Assembly: GCA_951406725.2 (NCBI GenBank)
Contig: OX597821.1
Location: forward strand, 107,384,001-107,448,000
Direction: 5' to 3'
Length of the DNA stretch: 64,000 nucleotides
Source: Octopus vulgaris
Taxonomy: Eukaryota
The notes under the pieces are model-generated. The model worked only from the letters and a program-made list of their open reading frames with translations. It had not been told where the DNA came from and made no database searches. Made by a program: the position numbers and the translations under genes. Positions 1 to 13,649 of this stretch are shown here, in pieces (positions within the stretch are counted from its first letter, which is position 1; every line of letters starts with the position of its first letter).

Positions 1-216
1 TACATACATACATACATACATACATACATACATACATACATACATACATACATACATACATACATACATACATACATACATACATACATACATACATACA
101 TACATACATACATACATACATACATACATACATACATGCACACATATATACATACATACATACACACATATATACATACATACATACATACATACATACA
201 CACATATATACATACA

Positions 217-250
<34 letters not shown>

Positions 251-272
251 CATACATACATACACACATACA

Positions 273-306
<34 letters not shown>

Positions 307-622
307 CATACATACATACACACATATATACATACATACATACATACATACATACATACATACACACATACATACATACATACACACATATATACATACA
401 TACATACACACATACATACATACATACATACATACATACATACATACATACATACATACACACATATATACATACATACATACACACATATATACATACA
501 TACATACATACATACATACATACATACATACATACATGCATCCATCCATCCATCCATATACATACATACATACATACGTACTTACATACATGCATACATA
601 CATACATACATACATACATACA

Positions 623-652
<30 letters not shown>
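1..652. repeat. (TACA)n microsatellite array
   Basis: Near-pure tacatacata array with occasional variants; it explains ORF 136..723. Confidence 0.98.
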
Positions 653-654
<2 letters not shown>

Positions 655-738
655 AACAAACATACACGTTCATACATAGAAACATACCTGGTAAACTGGT
701 CCGTACATAAGAATTGCTGGTAGGGACAAAGCATTTAG

Positions 739-965
739 CGGAGGCGCGTGGCTTAGTCGTTAGCGTGTTGGACTCTCATTGTAAGATTGTGGTTTCGATT
801 CCTGTACCGGGTGTTGCGTTGTGCTCTGTGAACAAAACACTTCATTTCACGTTGTTCCAGTTCACTCAGCTGGCAAAAGTGAGTAATCCTGCGATGGATC
901 TGCGTCCCATCCAGGTGGAGCATATATACACCATAGAAACCGCGAAACTGGCCTTTATGAGTGGA
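739..965 (+). mobile_element. tRNA-headed SINE (family C head/core)
   Basis: A-box-like gtggcttagtcgttag and B-box-like gtttcgattcc; a reverse-complement relative lies at ~2810-3030. Confidence 0.75.
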
Positions 966-1340
966 CATGACTAGAAAAGAAAACCTTCTTTTGGTTTTGT
1001 TTTTCGAGCGTATTTCGTTTTGCAGGCATAGTGTAGTACCGAGTGTACTAAACGTAGATAAGTCAGTTGTACTCTGACCTGCTTTGTATTGATTTAAAAA
1101 TCTTTAGTATACCTGAAAGTATATTTTAGTTGCAATAGAAAATACAGAGACCCTAGCAGCAGTTAATATGTGCGTACCAGTTTGATATATAAAATCGGTC
1201 GACCCACAAGTGTTACACCGTTAAATTTAGTGAGTATTTAAGCAATCTGTTCGTGAACGGTTAATGCATTAGATGTAGCACTGAAGAAGGAGCAAGAACT
1301 CCTAAAATCTGCATATACACACATCACCTATTTTTCTATC

Positions 1341-1530
1341 GTGGAGGCACAATGGCCCAGTGGTTAGGGCAGCGGACACGCGATCGTGGGATCGCACTTT
1401 CGATTCCCAGATCGGGCATTGTGAGTGTTTATTGAGCGAAAATACCTAAATTAATTTCGCGAGCAGGTTGTTCTGTTGATCGGATTAACTGTAACCCTCG
1501 TCGTCGTAAAGGACGGAGCGCCACGACAAG
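1341..1530 (+). mobile_element. tRNA-headed SINE (family D), internally deleted, with 9-bp target-site duplication
   Basis: Head and tail match the fuller copy at 28508-28888 (-). TTTTCTATC flanks both sides (1332-1340 and 1531-1539). Confidence 0.8.
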
Positions 1531-1645
1531 TTTTCTATCTTCAATCGCATAGTTATATAGACGTATTCCTATACGAGACATCGTAGCTTTCAGTGGTGAC
1601 TCTAAAGTCTATAGAAAATCTGTAAAGATACACTTAAAAAATATA

Positions 1646-1872
1646 AAAGGTTGGCCAAATGTTACTTGATAGTAAATCAAAATCATTTAATTTCAAGATT
1701 TATTAATGTTTAACAACGGAATGAATTTAATAAAAGCATCTATATATGAAACATGAAAATTGTTCAAACTGAAGTCCTTGAGCGACACATTTTTTCATTC
1801 GAGTCAATACAGATTTACAGATGGTTTTTATGGAATTTTGATTTACTGTCGGGTGACTTTTGGCTAACCCTG
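1646..1872. mobile_element. Tc1/mariner-type MITE
   Basis: Imperfect ~38-bp TIRs (aaaggttggccaaatgttacttgatagtaaatcaaaat vs revcomp cagggttagccaaaagtcacccgacagtaaatcaaaat), flanked by TA. Confidence 0.65.
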
Positions 1873-2395
1873 TATATACATACATGGATCTTCGTCGGTT
1901 TCGACGAAGAGGACTTAGTTGTTCAATCGATTGAATAATCTGCTCACTGAATTAACCGGTAAATGACTCAGCATTCGTGTCGTCTGAAGGCAACTGAACA
2001 ATTACCCGGGGATCCCATCGGGTAATGAGCTCAATCAGTGGTATCTTATTTATGTTATCACTTTGTTTTTAGGGAACATTCGTGTATCTGCTGTGTCTAA
2101 AGGCCCGCAATTCTGTTGAAACGACCCTGTTAAAACGATCCCTTGAAGGGATTCTTAGGTGGGACTAGCTGGACATTCACTGACCAAGCTGTACCTTCCG
2201 AATTACCGGAACAATCTACTAATTTCTATATAGTTTCCGTCATTCTAATTTTCCTCAGAAGGCATGGGTCAACTCCAAGAGACAGATAATAGCATTTGCA
2301 CCAAACGCCTCGCTATCAAGGATCGAACCTGAGACTTTGTGATTCCTCAACGAACTTCTTAAACCATTTGACCCTATATATATATATATATATAT

Positions 2396-2678
2396 ATTAC
2401 ATACATAGAAGGGGGATGACCACTATGTGGACAACCCTTATGCTAGAAGTAGATCCGCTATGGCCTTAACACTAAGAAATTTTCTCGAGAACATTTCTTA
2501 GTGGTAAGACCATGGCGGATCTACTTCTAGCATAAGGGTTGTCCACATAGTGGTCATCCCTCTTATATGATGTAATACAATTTTCTGAACCTTCTGATTT
2601 TAATATGCCAGACCACTGGTTTTAAATTGATGTTAATCAAATTAATATCCAATTTTTCACCCTCATCTTAAAATTTAT
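2396..2678. repeat. TA-flanked fold-back repeat (~90-bp arm palindrome centred on ttctcgagaa)
   Basis: 2396-2486 is a near reverse complement of 2487-2576; a related partial copy lies at 37748-37900. Confidence 0.8.
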
Positions 2679-2809
2679 ATATATATATGCTCATGGCCAT
2701 ATGCATGCGTGAATGATATATATTCATATTCATATATACAGAGTGTGGTATATATTTATTTACCGATTATTTAAACATACATTGTAAAAAATGCAAAGTT
2801 CCTCTCCGA

Positions 2810-3030
2810 TTCATATAGGGTCATAGAGGCCGGTTTCCCGGTTTCATGGCGTATATATACTCTACCAAGACAGGACGTTGTTCCATGGCAGGATTACTCA
2901 TTCTTAACAGGAGCAACGTGAAATGAAGTGTTTTGCTCAAGAACACAACGCATCGCCCAGTCCTGGAATCGAAACCACACTTTTACCATCATGAGTCCAA
3001 CACGCTAACCACTAAGCCATGCGTGTCCAC
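2810..3030 (-). mobile_element. tRNA-headed SINE (family C)
   Basis: Reverse-complement similarity to 739-965. Confidence 0.7.
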
Positions 3031-3084
3031 AAATATACATTGAAATGTTCTTATTTGCCGAAAATGGTTGAAAATGTTGTATAC

Positions 3085-3262
3085 AGCTTCCTAACATTGT
3101 TTGTTGTATTCTGTGTCAGGCTGGGTCTCTCTGAGAAACACTTTGAAGTGTACTCGTGTCTGTGTGAAGTGCGTAGCCACTTGCACGTTAATTTCACGAG
3201 CAAGCTGTTCTGTTGATCGTATCAGCTGGAACACTCGTCGTCGTAACCGACGGAGTGCCACG
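3085..3262 (+). mobile_element. SINE family D 3' tail fragment
   Basis: Ends in cgtcgtaaccgacggagtgccac, like the 28508-28888 copy. Confidence 0.7.
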
Positions 3263-3811
3263 CTTAGAAGAAATCTTCCGAGCAAGAGGGAACTAGTTTC
3301 TAACAACGAAACGAGAGCTGGAATCCAGTTAGCTACGGCGATAATTGACACTAATTGAACTTTAGGAAAATTTAACTTATTTTTACCGTTCCATTTAGAT
3401 ATTGTATCTGTAAAGTGCCTTTTAGCCAGTCTCTTTGCAGAAAAACTCTAAACGTTTCCAGTTTATCAATCACTATACATACCTGTATGCATGTATGTAT
3501 ATATGCATGTATGTGTATGTGTATGTCTTCCTTACGTAAGTATGTTAAACGTGCATGTATCTACCAACAGCTTAAGCAAGACCAACGCAGTGAAAACTCT
3601 TAACACAAACTTACGTCAAATAAAATTACGGGCAATGAAGTGAGCAAATTTATGTTTCCAAAAGGATGTTATGGACTTTGACAGTCAAGGAAGGATTAGA
3701 GCAAACTCACATTTGCTACATGTCTTTTAAAACGTAATATATGGGCGCGTGGTTTTACATCAGCTTCAATGCATATATTTATATAAGCAAAATATGAACC
3801 TTTCTATATGT

Positions 3812-3843
<32 letters not shown>

Positions 3844-3916
3844 GATTTTGATTTTGATTTTTCCAGTTTCAGCTAATGAGCTGTGGCCATATATATATAT
3901 ATTTGTGTGTGTGTTC

Positions 3917-4136
3917 TTTTATTCTTTTACTTGTTTGAGTCATTTGACTGTGGCCGGCCATGCTGGAGCACCGCATTTAGTCGAACAAATCGACTCCAGG
4001 ACTTATTCTTTGTAAGCCTAGTACTTATTCTATCTGTCTCTTGTTGCCGAACTGCTACGGTACGAGGACGTAAATACACCAACATCGGTTGTCAAGCGAT
4101 GGTGTTGGTGTTGGTGTTGGTGGGGCAAACACAGAC

Positions 4137-4140
<4 letters not shown>
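3917..4140 (-). mobile_element. SINE family A, 3' half
   Basis: Contains tcatttgactgtggcc...gctggagcaccgc, ttgtaagcctagtacttattctatc and acaccaacatcggttgtcaagcgat, shared with other copies. Confidence 0.85.
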
Positions 4141-4180
<40 letters not shown>

Positions 4181-4349
4181 ATGTATGTATGTATGTATGT
4201 ATGCATGTATGTTCGTATATATAGATACATAGATTCATATGTATGTATATATATATATATATATATGTATGTATATATAGATAGATTCATATGTGTATAT
4301 GCATACATATACATATATATATATATACACACACACATACATACATACA

Positions 4350-4385
<36 letters not shown>

Positions 4386-5405
4386 TATATATACACGCTA
4401 ATATTCGACATTGAGAACGAGCGGTCAACACCGCATTGGTAAATATTGATAAATATTCTTAATTTGTGTTAACAAGGCTACCGCTGGTTTCATGTCGCGA
4501 GAAATCTCTCAACAATTATCAAGCCTACCACCTGGAAAGTTGTTACTCATCTACATCTTGGATGAGGATACACGTGAATACACGGCGCAGCACCCGATTG
4601 TAAAAGATCTGGGGATAAATAATAAACAGACCATGGAAGGCAACGTATAAGAAATTCTTATAGAGTCCTAAAATCACGTGGCTATCACAGAAGACTTCTC
4701 TAGTGGACTCGGCTAATAGACTAGATAGTAATACAATGCAGAGGAGTTTAATACAGTGTTCTATACAGCAAAAGATCCAAAAGATCGATGATATTATTTG
4801 ATCCAAAAGATCCAAAAGATCGATGATATTATTTGACGAACAGTATATAAACCATAAAATGGCAGCAGTTATGGGGGGAGGGAAATATATTTATTTAACC
4901 ACAAGTCATCCTTGGGGTTATGACCGTTTTGTAGCCTTCTTCGTGTAATAATAATTTCACTGCATAATAAATCATGTTCACATGTCTGCACTAATATTCG
5001 TGCTACGCATTATACAGAATGATGTTCTGGTGATGTAACGAGCTGCCCTTCTCTATCTGCATTAATTTGTGAATATGAAACTCTATGGTATAATGCATGC
5101 ATATTAGCGCAGACATGTAAAAGTAATTTATTACACACTGAAAACCGCCGTATATGAAGAGCGCTGTGAAACGGACACGAACATGAGGTTTATAAGTGAT
5201 GATATAAATATATGACCAACATAGAGGTTAACACAGACTTCTTCATAACTACACATACATACACTTGCACACAGGCGCATTATATTTGTGGGTAGGTATG
5301 TGGATGTGTGTATAAATATATTTGTATATATGTCTCTGTTTGTATGTGGGTGTGTGTGTGTGAGCCTGTATGTCTGTGTTTGTCTATGTATGTTTATGTA
5401 TGTGC

Positions 5406-5502
<97 letters not shown>

Positions 5503-5584
5503 CATATGATATATATATATATATATAAAACATATATATATACACTTATTCTCTTCATCTATATATATATATATATATATATAT

Positions 5585-5615
<31 letters not shown>

Positions 5616-5799
5616 TAGATATATATGTGTGTGTGTGTATGTATTATGTGTTTATACACATATGAATATGCATACGCATATATAAATATATATAATGCGT
5701 ATACTATTTAGTCATAACCTGCCGAAACTGAGCTGATTCTTGTCTCTGTTTGTGACGAGAGGTGTTCCTTTTGTTACTCGTTTTCATGTTGTGTATGTA

Positions 5800-5859
<60 letters not shown>

Positions 5860-5903
5860 AATTTTAGTATCTGAAATTTGTTTAAAATCTCTCTGATATT
5901 ATT

Positions 5904-6000
5904 ATAATAGCTGACGTACCCGGTAATTCCCGGGAAAGCGGGGCTTATCCCTCGGTTCTGTTCTCATAATTGTTTCACTAATCCAATAACAACAATACAA
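5904..6000 (+). mobile_element. Possible Helentron/HINE-like 5' end
   Basis: taatagctgacgtacccggtaattcccggg resembles the TAGC..CCCG..CGGG subterminal hairpin of Helentron-type elements. The far end was not identified. Confidence 0.3.
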
Positions 6001-6639
6001 AATATGGAACCTTAAAACTGTTTTTGTACATTTACAGAGAATATCGAACTGTCTTACACAGGATCTTGTTTTTAGGAATTCCCAATAAGTTATGAATACC
6101 CAAATTGTGAAGTCATTTATGTAATAACAAGAAATTAGTTACCCGATAGTAAGAATTCAAATAAAGTTGCCCCAAAAGGGCTTTAATGTGTTCCCAGAGT
6201 ATATAGAACATAGGAGGAAATACTAACAAGGTATCTATACTAAATTCGTGATGCATGTTATATAATGACAGGCTAATCAGATATGAAATAATAACAATTC
6301 AAAGTAAAAAAAGGGCTTTTGTGTGTTCCCAGAAAATATTACCCTGAGGGTCGCTAGTGTTGATATATTAGTGAATAAATCACTAACCGAAATAAGTGAA
6401 TCTATTGTTTAGGAAAATACTATTCACTTGTTTAAGGGTCGTACTGGTTAAATTGCGAAATAACTCTAACAGTTCAAATATCAAGAAATAAGCATAGGCA
6501 ATTTAATGTATACCAAATAATTTACGAAAAATGAATGGGTTATTTTCCTCGGCTATATATAAGGATCCCTTCCAGAGGCGAATGAGTTATTTCCCTTGGT
6601 TTTTAAAATAAATATATTAGATATAAATCGAATATAGCC

Positions 6640-6830
6640 CCAAAATTATTGGAGATAGGGGCCAGTCGATTAGATCGACCTAGTACGCAACTGACACTTA
6701 ATTTATCGTCCGCCGAAAGAATGAAAGGCAAAGTCGAGCTCGATGAAATTTGAACAAAGAACGTAAAGGCAGATGAAATACCGCTAAGCATTTCGCCCGG
6801 TGTGTTAACGTTTCTGCCAGCTCGCCGCCT
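6640..6830 (-). mobile_element. tRNA-headed SINE family B
   Basis: Revcomp begins ggcggcgagctggcagaaacgttaacacaccgggcgaaatgcttagcgg; many copies in the window. Confidence 0.85.
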
Positions 6831-7539
6831 TAATTTGAAACCAATATTGGTAGGGTTTCGACAGAGAAATAATTTTCTGTTATTTCTAAAAAGCAGAACA
6901 TTTATATCCGGGATACCTATAGTGGCTTCTTGCTAACACTTTAAAACTCTGAAGAAATTCGTATTTCTTTTAGTCAAAAATATGGATCCACAAGTTCCAG
7001 TCATCATCTGAATCTTTCCCACAATCCAACGTTTGGTTTAATCGCTGTTATCGATACATCAAATACCAGTAATATATAAAGGTCTGATGTTATAGTATTC
7101 TCCACTCCTCTGTGTGTTACCTACAAATCTTGGAGCAATGCCGACAAGAAAAAAAATCAATATTATAATTAAACGCACTTCGAAACCTCTTCCAAAATTC
7201 TGCCAACATGTCTACACCCAGTGTAAACACACACACACAAACAGAGTGAGTGAGTGGGGGTAGATATACATACACCTCGTCTATGGATACTAACCTGACC
7301 CATCAGACATAAAGGACGCATCTCCATGGATACATACACCCATGCGCGCATACACGCATACCCACAAATACATACATGCACACAAGCACGAACGTACATT
7401 TGAAAACAGAGAAAGTCATATAAACATACATAGTCTATACACAAAATATACACTCACATATATAGTAAATGCATGCGCATGCGTATACACATGCAGAGTT
7501 ACAAGCAAATATATGTACATCTACACACACAAATATGCA

Positions 7540-8260
7540 CCCTTAATATAAATGGCATACGCGTGCACACACAGATAGAGAGAAATTTTCAGATAGATAG
7601 AGAGATGTATAAACTCACAGCATTGTCTATGCACACACATCGTATACGAATACCCGTACACACACACACACACACACACATAGACACACGCACACACACA
7701 CACACAAACACGCACATACAAGACACACACACACACTAATAAACCGGCAGGGAGAACAAACCTGCATGCACAACCTCACACATGGCATATACGCGTTCAT
7801 AAAAAGCACACATACACGTACACACAGATACACACTCACACACGCACGCACACATACAAACACGCAATACACACACTCAAAGGCACACGGGAGCAATACG
7901 CACATACACGCAAACGCGCACGCAGGCACACAGACGCACACGCGCACACGCACGCACAAACACACACACTCGCACACACACAGACACTCAGACAAGACAC
8001 ACGCGAGCAGACGCACACGCACACATGCACACACACACACACACACACACACATGGCATATACGCGCTCATAAAAGCGCACACACACATACACACAGACA
8101 CGCACGTACGCACACACGCAGACGACGCGCACGCACACACGCAGACGCGCACGCACACACGCGGACGAACGTACACGCAGACGCGCACACACACACGCAT
8201 TGGCACACACGCACACACACACACACGCACGTACGCACGCACACACGCACGCACACATTT
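7540..8260. repeat. Degenerate (CA)n/(CGCA)n low-complexity tract
   Basis: CA-rich simple repeat; the overlapping ORFs are TH/VC repeats. Confidence 0.9.
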
Positions 8261-8348
8261 GCATCGTATATCTAATCTACTGGCAACACTCCGTTAATAC
8301 ATTTCCATATTTAAGAGATGAGGAATTATGTACATTATTATGTACATA

Positions 8349-8722
8349 GGCGCATGAGTGGCTGCGTGGTAAGTAGCTTGCTTACCAACCACATGGTTCC
8401 GGGTTCAGTCCCACTGCGTGGCACATTGGGCAAGTGTCTTCTACTATAGCCTTGTGAGTGGATTTGGGAGACAGAAACTGAAAGATGTGTAGATGTATGT
8501 ATGTGTGTGTGTGTGTGTATGTGTGTGTGTCTGTGTTTGTCCCTCAACATCGCTTGACAGCCGATACTGGTGTGTTCACGTCCCCGTAACTTAGCGGCTC
8601 GGCAAAAGAGAACGATAGAATAAGTACTAGGCCTAAAAAGAATAGGTCCTGAGGTCGATTTGCTCGATTAAAGGCGGTGCTCCAGCATGGCCACAGTCAA
8701 ATCACTGAAACAAATAAAAGAG
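8349..8722 (+). mobile_element. SINE family A (tRNA head, internal microsatellite, 3' half)
   Basis: ggcgcatgagtggctgcgtggtaagtagcttgcttaccaaccacatggttccgggttcagtccc (A/B boxes) through cagcatggccacagtcaaatcactgaaac. Confidence 0.9.
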
Positions 8723-8749
8723 AAATAGAGAAAGCGAATTTATTTACAT

Positions 8750-8921
8750 AATTTGCATTATCTAGATTTGACAGATATCTATCCTCATCTTGTTTGTTAC
8801 TAACGCAACGTTTCGGCTGACATACCCTCCACCCTTCAGCGTCTTGGAGGTCATATATCAGCCGAAACGTTGTGTCAACAACTAACAAGATGAGGACAAA
8901 TATCCGTCAAATGTAAATAAT
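8750..8921. repeat. Inverted pair of PLE-like 3' ends with degenerate hammerhead remnant
   Basis: cctcatcttgtttgttactaacgcaacgtttcggctga pairs with tcagccgaaacgttgtgtcaacaactaacaagatgagg; GAAACGTT half-core present, CUGAUGA core damaged. Confidence 0.55.
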
Positions 8922-9058
8922 TGTTAACACTTCATTAGTTATAAGGTTCTAATTATTTAACAATCATCATATTCGCTTTCGTGTATTCGCTCTCCTATCA
9001 TATTTCTTATTCTCTTCTATATTTCTGTATGCATCAATCTATAAATGCATATACATAT

Positions 9059-9388
9059 GTGAAGGTGCTTGGCTTAGCGGTTAGGTTACTCGGTTCACTA
9101 TCGGAAGATCCAGTGTTCGATTCCTAGTGGCGCTTTTGATCCTTGAACATGACGGCTTCTCCCCCCCCCCCCTTTATTCCAGTTCATACAGCAAAAATGA
9201 GTTATCGTTGTAATTCGAGAGGGCCATACTTCTCATATTCTGTGTCACGCTGGATCTCTCCATCAACTACGTTACGGATACACTTGTCTGTGGAATACTC
9301 AGCCATTTCCGTATTAATTTCACTAATTGGGTGTTCCGTTAATCAGAACAACTGAAACACACGACGTCGTAACCGACGGAGAACCAGT
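9059..9388 (+). mobile_element. Old SINE: family C-like head with family D-like tail
   Basis: Head resembles 739-900; tail ends cgtcgtaaccgacggag. Confidence 0.6.
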
Positions 9389-9545
9389 GATATATACGTA
9401 TGTTTTTATGTGCTTATGTATGTATGAATACACGTGAATATTTATGTGTGTGTGTGAGTGTGTTTGTGTGTGCACATATATACATCTCGGAGATATACTT
9501 ACATGGTAAGTGCTTTGATGTGAAATTGTGTACTGAAACTAAAAT

Positions 9546-9740
9546 AATTGCGGTGTGGAAGACACGCACGAGCCGTTCAAAGACATAGAATGATGCAAAA
9601 CTTCATTTAAAATGTTTATTATTCGGTGTTAATGACCAGATCGCATTTGCTGCGACGAAAATTTAACACCAAATAATGAATGCCTAAATAAAGTTTTGTA
9701 TGTTTTTGAACGGCTAATGTAAGTTTACCACGCTGTAATT
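9546..9740. repeat. Diverged fold-back/MITE-like inverted repeat
   Basis: agccgttcaaagacat...aaaacttcattta...ttattcggtgttaa vs ttaacaccaaataat...taaataaagttttg...atgtttttgaacggct. Confidence 0.6.
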
Positions 9741-10049
9741 GAGTCAAACATCACGCGCGCGCACACACATTTGTATATATGTAAATGCATGTGTGTTAAG
9801 AAATACAAGTGTAAAGATTTTTTCCCATAAAAATAATATGAAATATTTCAAGCGGAAGTAAATAATAGCAATGAAACAAATTATTTTTGGTTTCGTATAT
9901 GAAAAAGATGCGGTGAGGGAAAGAAAATTTTAGTTAAAATAATGAGAAATTATAATGATTTTACGTAATGAGCGAAGATACTGTAGAATTTATATCTACA
10001 AGCAAAGATTACATCAGAGAATCGATTAAGAAAAGAGCTATCATTTTGT

Positions 10050-10620
10050 AATGAGCGACTTCAAGTAACATAATTTAGAGGCGCGATGATGTGCATTGTA
10101 GAAGGTTCCACTGCATATTATCGATTAGGACAAGCCATAAGATGTACTCTGGATCTTGGAGCGGTGTATGGCGGTAGCAAAGGAAGTAGATTATTTAGAA
10201 GTGCTATTTGAGAAGGAGTTCAGATGCGCAAGGTAGCGTCGCTTGAAGTCGATTGTGTCCCCATTTGGACTCTAGCCTGGTGGGAACATGGAGTTGTGAC
10301 AGTACATGAAATTCTAACTAAAGATTTTCCTACCGGTGGTGGACTGGGCCTCCAAAATATCCTAAATTAGTCTATGCTATCATTAAGCAGCAATTGCAAA
10401 GAGTTGCTTATAGGAAGGAGCATGATTATTCAAAATATATTCACTAGCGGATAAGTTAAAGTTATACTGGAGATTCCTTTAATTATGTCTTTTAAAACAG
10501 GACTAGAATGATTAGAATGTACGTTGGACTTATGTTAATGGCTGTGGAGATGAATTTAAGTTAAGAATAGCATCCAAGAATGTGGCAACTTTAATGCTAT
10601 TTTCGAATGAGTTACAGCAA
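10050..10620 (-). pseudogene. Decayed Penelope-like RT-thumb/GIY-YIG fragment (same type as 45627-47432)
   Basis: Minus-strand pieces VATFLDAILNLNS, SNHSSPVLKDIIKGIS and DFKRRYLAHLNSF align by eye to VVNFLDVSLDLNN, SCHPPIVFKNLVKNIS and NFKARFNNHTLSF; stops and deletions present. Confidence 0.6.
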
Positions 10621-10759
10621 TAATAGCTTTTAAAGAAGTTGTAGAGGGTTTTATGGATACGCTCGATGGACGGCCTCGACGTTCTCGTGTCTGCCAGAAC
10701 ATCATCCTGCATAGCTCCCCTACTCGCGGCCTATTGGCCTTTTTGGCCTATTGGCCTTA

Positions 10760-10960
10760 ATTTCTCTATCTTGTGTATTGGCATATCCCAGAGTATGGTA
10801 TCTTTCTCGTTTTCTGTGACCTTTTCTGACGTGTGCTTATATCATCTTTTTTCTGTTGTTATTCCATAGTGTTGGTATAGTTTCCAGTATATGTAGGTCC
10901 CAACTTAGTCGTGTCTATGAATATATTGCTTCTTAACAAGGAATGTACAGCCAGAGATAT
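10760..10960 (-). pseudogene. R4/Dong-like non-LTR fragment (post-CCHC region)
   Basis: Minus translation includes ISGCTFLVKKQYIHRHD and EKVTENEKDTILWDMPIH, matching the RHD...ILWD motifs. Confidence 0.7.
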
Positions 10961-10994
10961 TATTATTATTATCATCATCATCATCATCATCATC

Positions 10995-11265
10995 ATAGCC
11001 TTTGCATTGCTTCTAACGCTGGAGATGTACTTCGGTGTCAGCTATTCACTACCAGTGAACTAAGGTAACACCTCTTATTTTTAGAGTACCTTCCACAGTA
11101 TTCGAGCGGTTCCAAGCAGTGCTGTTTTCTGCAAGTGCTCCACCCTTATTGCAGCTCCTATTTGTTCATGTACTCCTCAAGATTTTTATTTATTGTCCCC
11201 AGGGCTCCGACAATTATTGGTACTACTACCAACTTTTTCATCGACCACAACTGCTTAACCTCCCA

Positions 11266-11266
<1 letters not shown>
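10995..11266 (-). mobile_element. R4/Dong-like 3' end, same family as 14541-15403
   Basis: Reverse complement of ~15130-15403; embedded in ATT/ATC trinucleotide repeats. Confidence 0.85.
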
Positions 11267-11326
<60 letters not shown>

Positions 11327-11327
11327 G

Positions 11328-11660
11328 AGTCAGAGAACAGTGCATGCCATTAAAATGACACGGGGTAAAATATGCGAAGTCCAATATACCCATCATGACT
11401 ACCCGTCTTATAAGGCTACACTAGGCACATGCATCACAACCATATTTGCACGACATGGTGATTTCATATCAAGATAAACAGCACCTGACCTTGCAGGTGG
11501 GGCCCAGTTAGAATTTTCTTCTGGTCGAGTAACCCATCCCGCTCAGAAGGTCCCTGAATAAGGGTTGTTTAAGGATGTTGAAAGAACCACCCATGTTTCC
11601 AGAGGCGAATTATTCAAACCCAAATAAATCCCTCCCAACACATGTCTATGATGCTCCCCC
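11328..11660. mobile_element. ~330-bp non-coding insert between two (TAA)n arrays, probable non-autonomous element
   Basis: Complex sequence bounded on both sides by long ATT arrays; no convincing ORF. Confidence 0.45.
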
Positions 11661-11668
11661 AATTATCA

Positions 11669-11763
<95 letters not shown>

Positions 11764-11994
11764 GTTATTATTATTCCCTATCTCACAGAAAAGTTTTTTT
11801 TAACCATTTTCTTTCCTATAATATGTAGAGCCTGAATCTGTTCGATAGCTTCTGCTTTTCTTAATTTCTTTACTCTTATCGGAAAACACGTAGTTATTTC
11901 CCTTTTGATACTCTTCTTTCGGTTCCACCAATCGGTTGATGTTTGACATTTCAACGGAAGATATTTCGTGTTCATGCCAGATTTTAAGTAAAAG

Positions 11995-12560
11995 TGGTGT
12001 GAGTGAATGCGTGCACATGTGAGTGAGAGAATGAGTGAGTCAGTGAGTGGGTGAAGGAGGAAGAAAGAGAGTGGGAGTGAGTGAAGGGGAGTGAGTGAGT
12101 GAAGGGGAGAGAGGGAGGGAAGGAGTGAAGAGGTGAGAGGGAGAGGGAGAGGGATGGAGGGAAGGAGTGAGTGAATGGGGTGGGAGTGAAGGGGGAGAGC
12201 AGGAGAGAGGGATGGAGGGAAGGAGTGAGTGAAGGGGAGAGAGGGAGGGAGAGAGTGATTGAGTGAATGAGTGAAAGAGAGCCGGGAGAATGCGTGAATG
12301 AGTGAGTGAAAGAGTGAGTGAGAGTGAGTGAGTAGGTTGTTGAAGGAGGGTGAGAGGGAGGAGCGAGTGAGTGAAAAGTTGAGGGGTTGAGTGAGTAGTG
12401 ATAGAGTATGTAAGTGAATGAGTGAGTGAGTGAATGCGTGAATGAGTGATTGAGTGAGCCAGCGAATGAGTGAGTGAGTGAATGAGTGAGTGAGTGAGTG
12501 AGTGAATGAGCGAATGAGTGATAGTGAGTAAGAGAGCGGGTATGCGTGTTAGTGTGTGTG
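11995..12560. repeat. Purine-rich (GAGT/GGA)n low-complexity tract
   Basis: Repeating gagtgagt and ggagggaag units. Confidence 0.9.
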
Positions 12561-12922
12561 TATCATACGCTTGCTCTGTCTATGTGCATGTGTATTTCTA
12601 AATGCTAATTCATGAAGCGGTAAACAAGACCGAATTACGTTATACCTTTAGAGTTATACCCAGCGATATCCTGAACTGCTTCAATATGATACGTGGTTTC
12701 CAGTTACCGAACAAGGCGTGGGTCTAAGGGCTCGTAAGACCAATTATCCTCAACGCATCATTACACATAAAGCACTTTATTAAGTGAAACCCTAAAATAT
12801 TTTGCGGTGGATTTAATTTCAGGACGCAAGTAGTATGCGTTTCACCTCCAAATATCTCTGTGCATTCTAATTACTAAATGGCTTTTGCATTTGTGCAGAT
12901 TCCATCGGCCAATTCTGCATCC

Positions 12923-12982
<60 letters not shown>

Positions 12983-13649
12983 CGCTCCGTATGCGTGTAT
13001 GTGTGTTTGTGCGTTTCTTTATATACGACTAAAACAAACTAAAGAATATACACACATTCAAATAATCACTTTGTTGCGGCCATCTTCTGGCGTTAAGTTC
13101 TGAGATATTTAAAAATGGATTAAATTAAGGTAAGAGAGCTATGTTGTTTTAGATTTAGTTCATCTCAAAAATCTCCACTTACTGCCCAGAATTAAATCGA
13201 CTTTAAAATATGTTATAATTTCACATAGAAACAATGTTTCTCTATTCTCACTGACTCAGGTGGGGTAGGCAGTGCTAATGGCCTCAGCAAACACCCCAGG
13301 ATAAGTGAGCTTGGTGCTATCAATGTTCTGTTTAAATTGTTGTGGAGCAAAATCTGCTGGACAGACATAAGCAAGAGGGACTATATTCTGGGAATGAAAG
13401 CTAAGACGTAGTGCTTAGTGCGAGGTCGGGGGCTGCATAGGAAGAAAGAAAGGTGACGAGAGCTGTAGAATAGAATGACTCGTCGGTGTCAAAATAATGG
13501 AAGTACGAGACCAACCAGCTCCCAGAAGTAGAGGTCATTATGGTTGCAAAAGAAGAATCAAATGAAAGAGTAAGTACACTCGTGTACCTGTGTGCTTGTG
13601 GGCCTGTGATGCTGAGCCTATTGAGATCAAACTAGTGATTCGATCAAAA

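Noticed and set aside
1275-1320. ctgaaga-aggag-caagaa-ctcc-taaa hammerhead-like string
   Set aside because: GAAA is mutated to TAAA and no clean stem I/III is present; at best a dead remnant.
4543-4835. 90-aa minus ORF and a 32-bp tandem duplication (4769-4835)
   Set aside because: No recognisable motifs; probably an old repeat relic.
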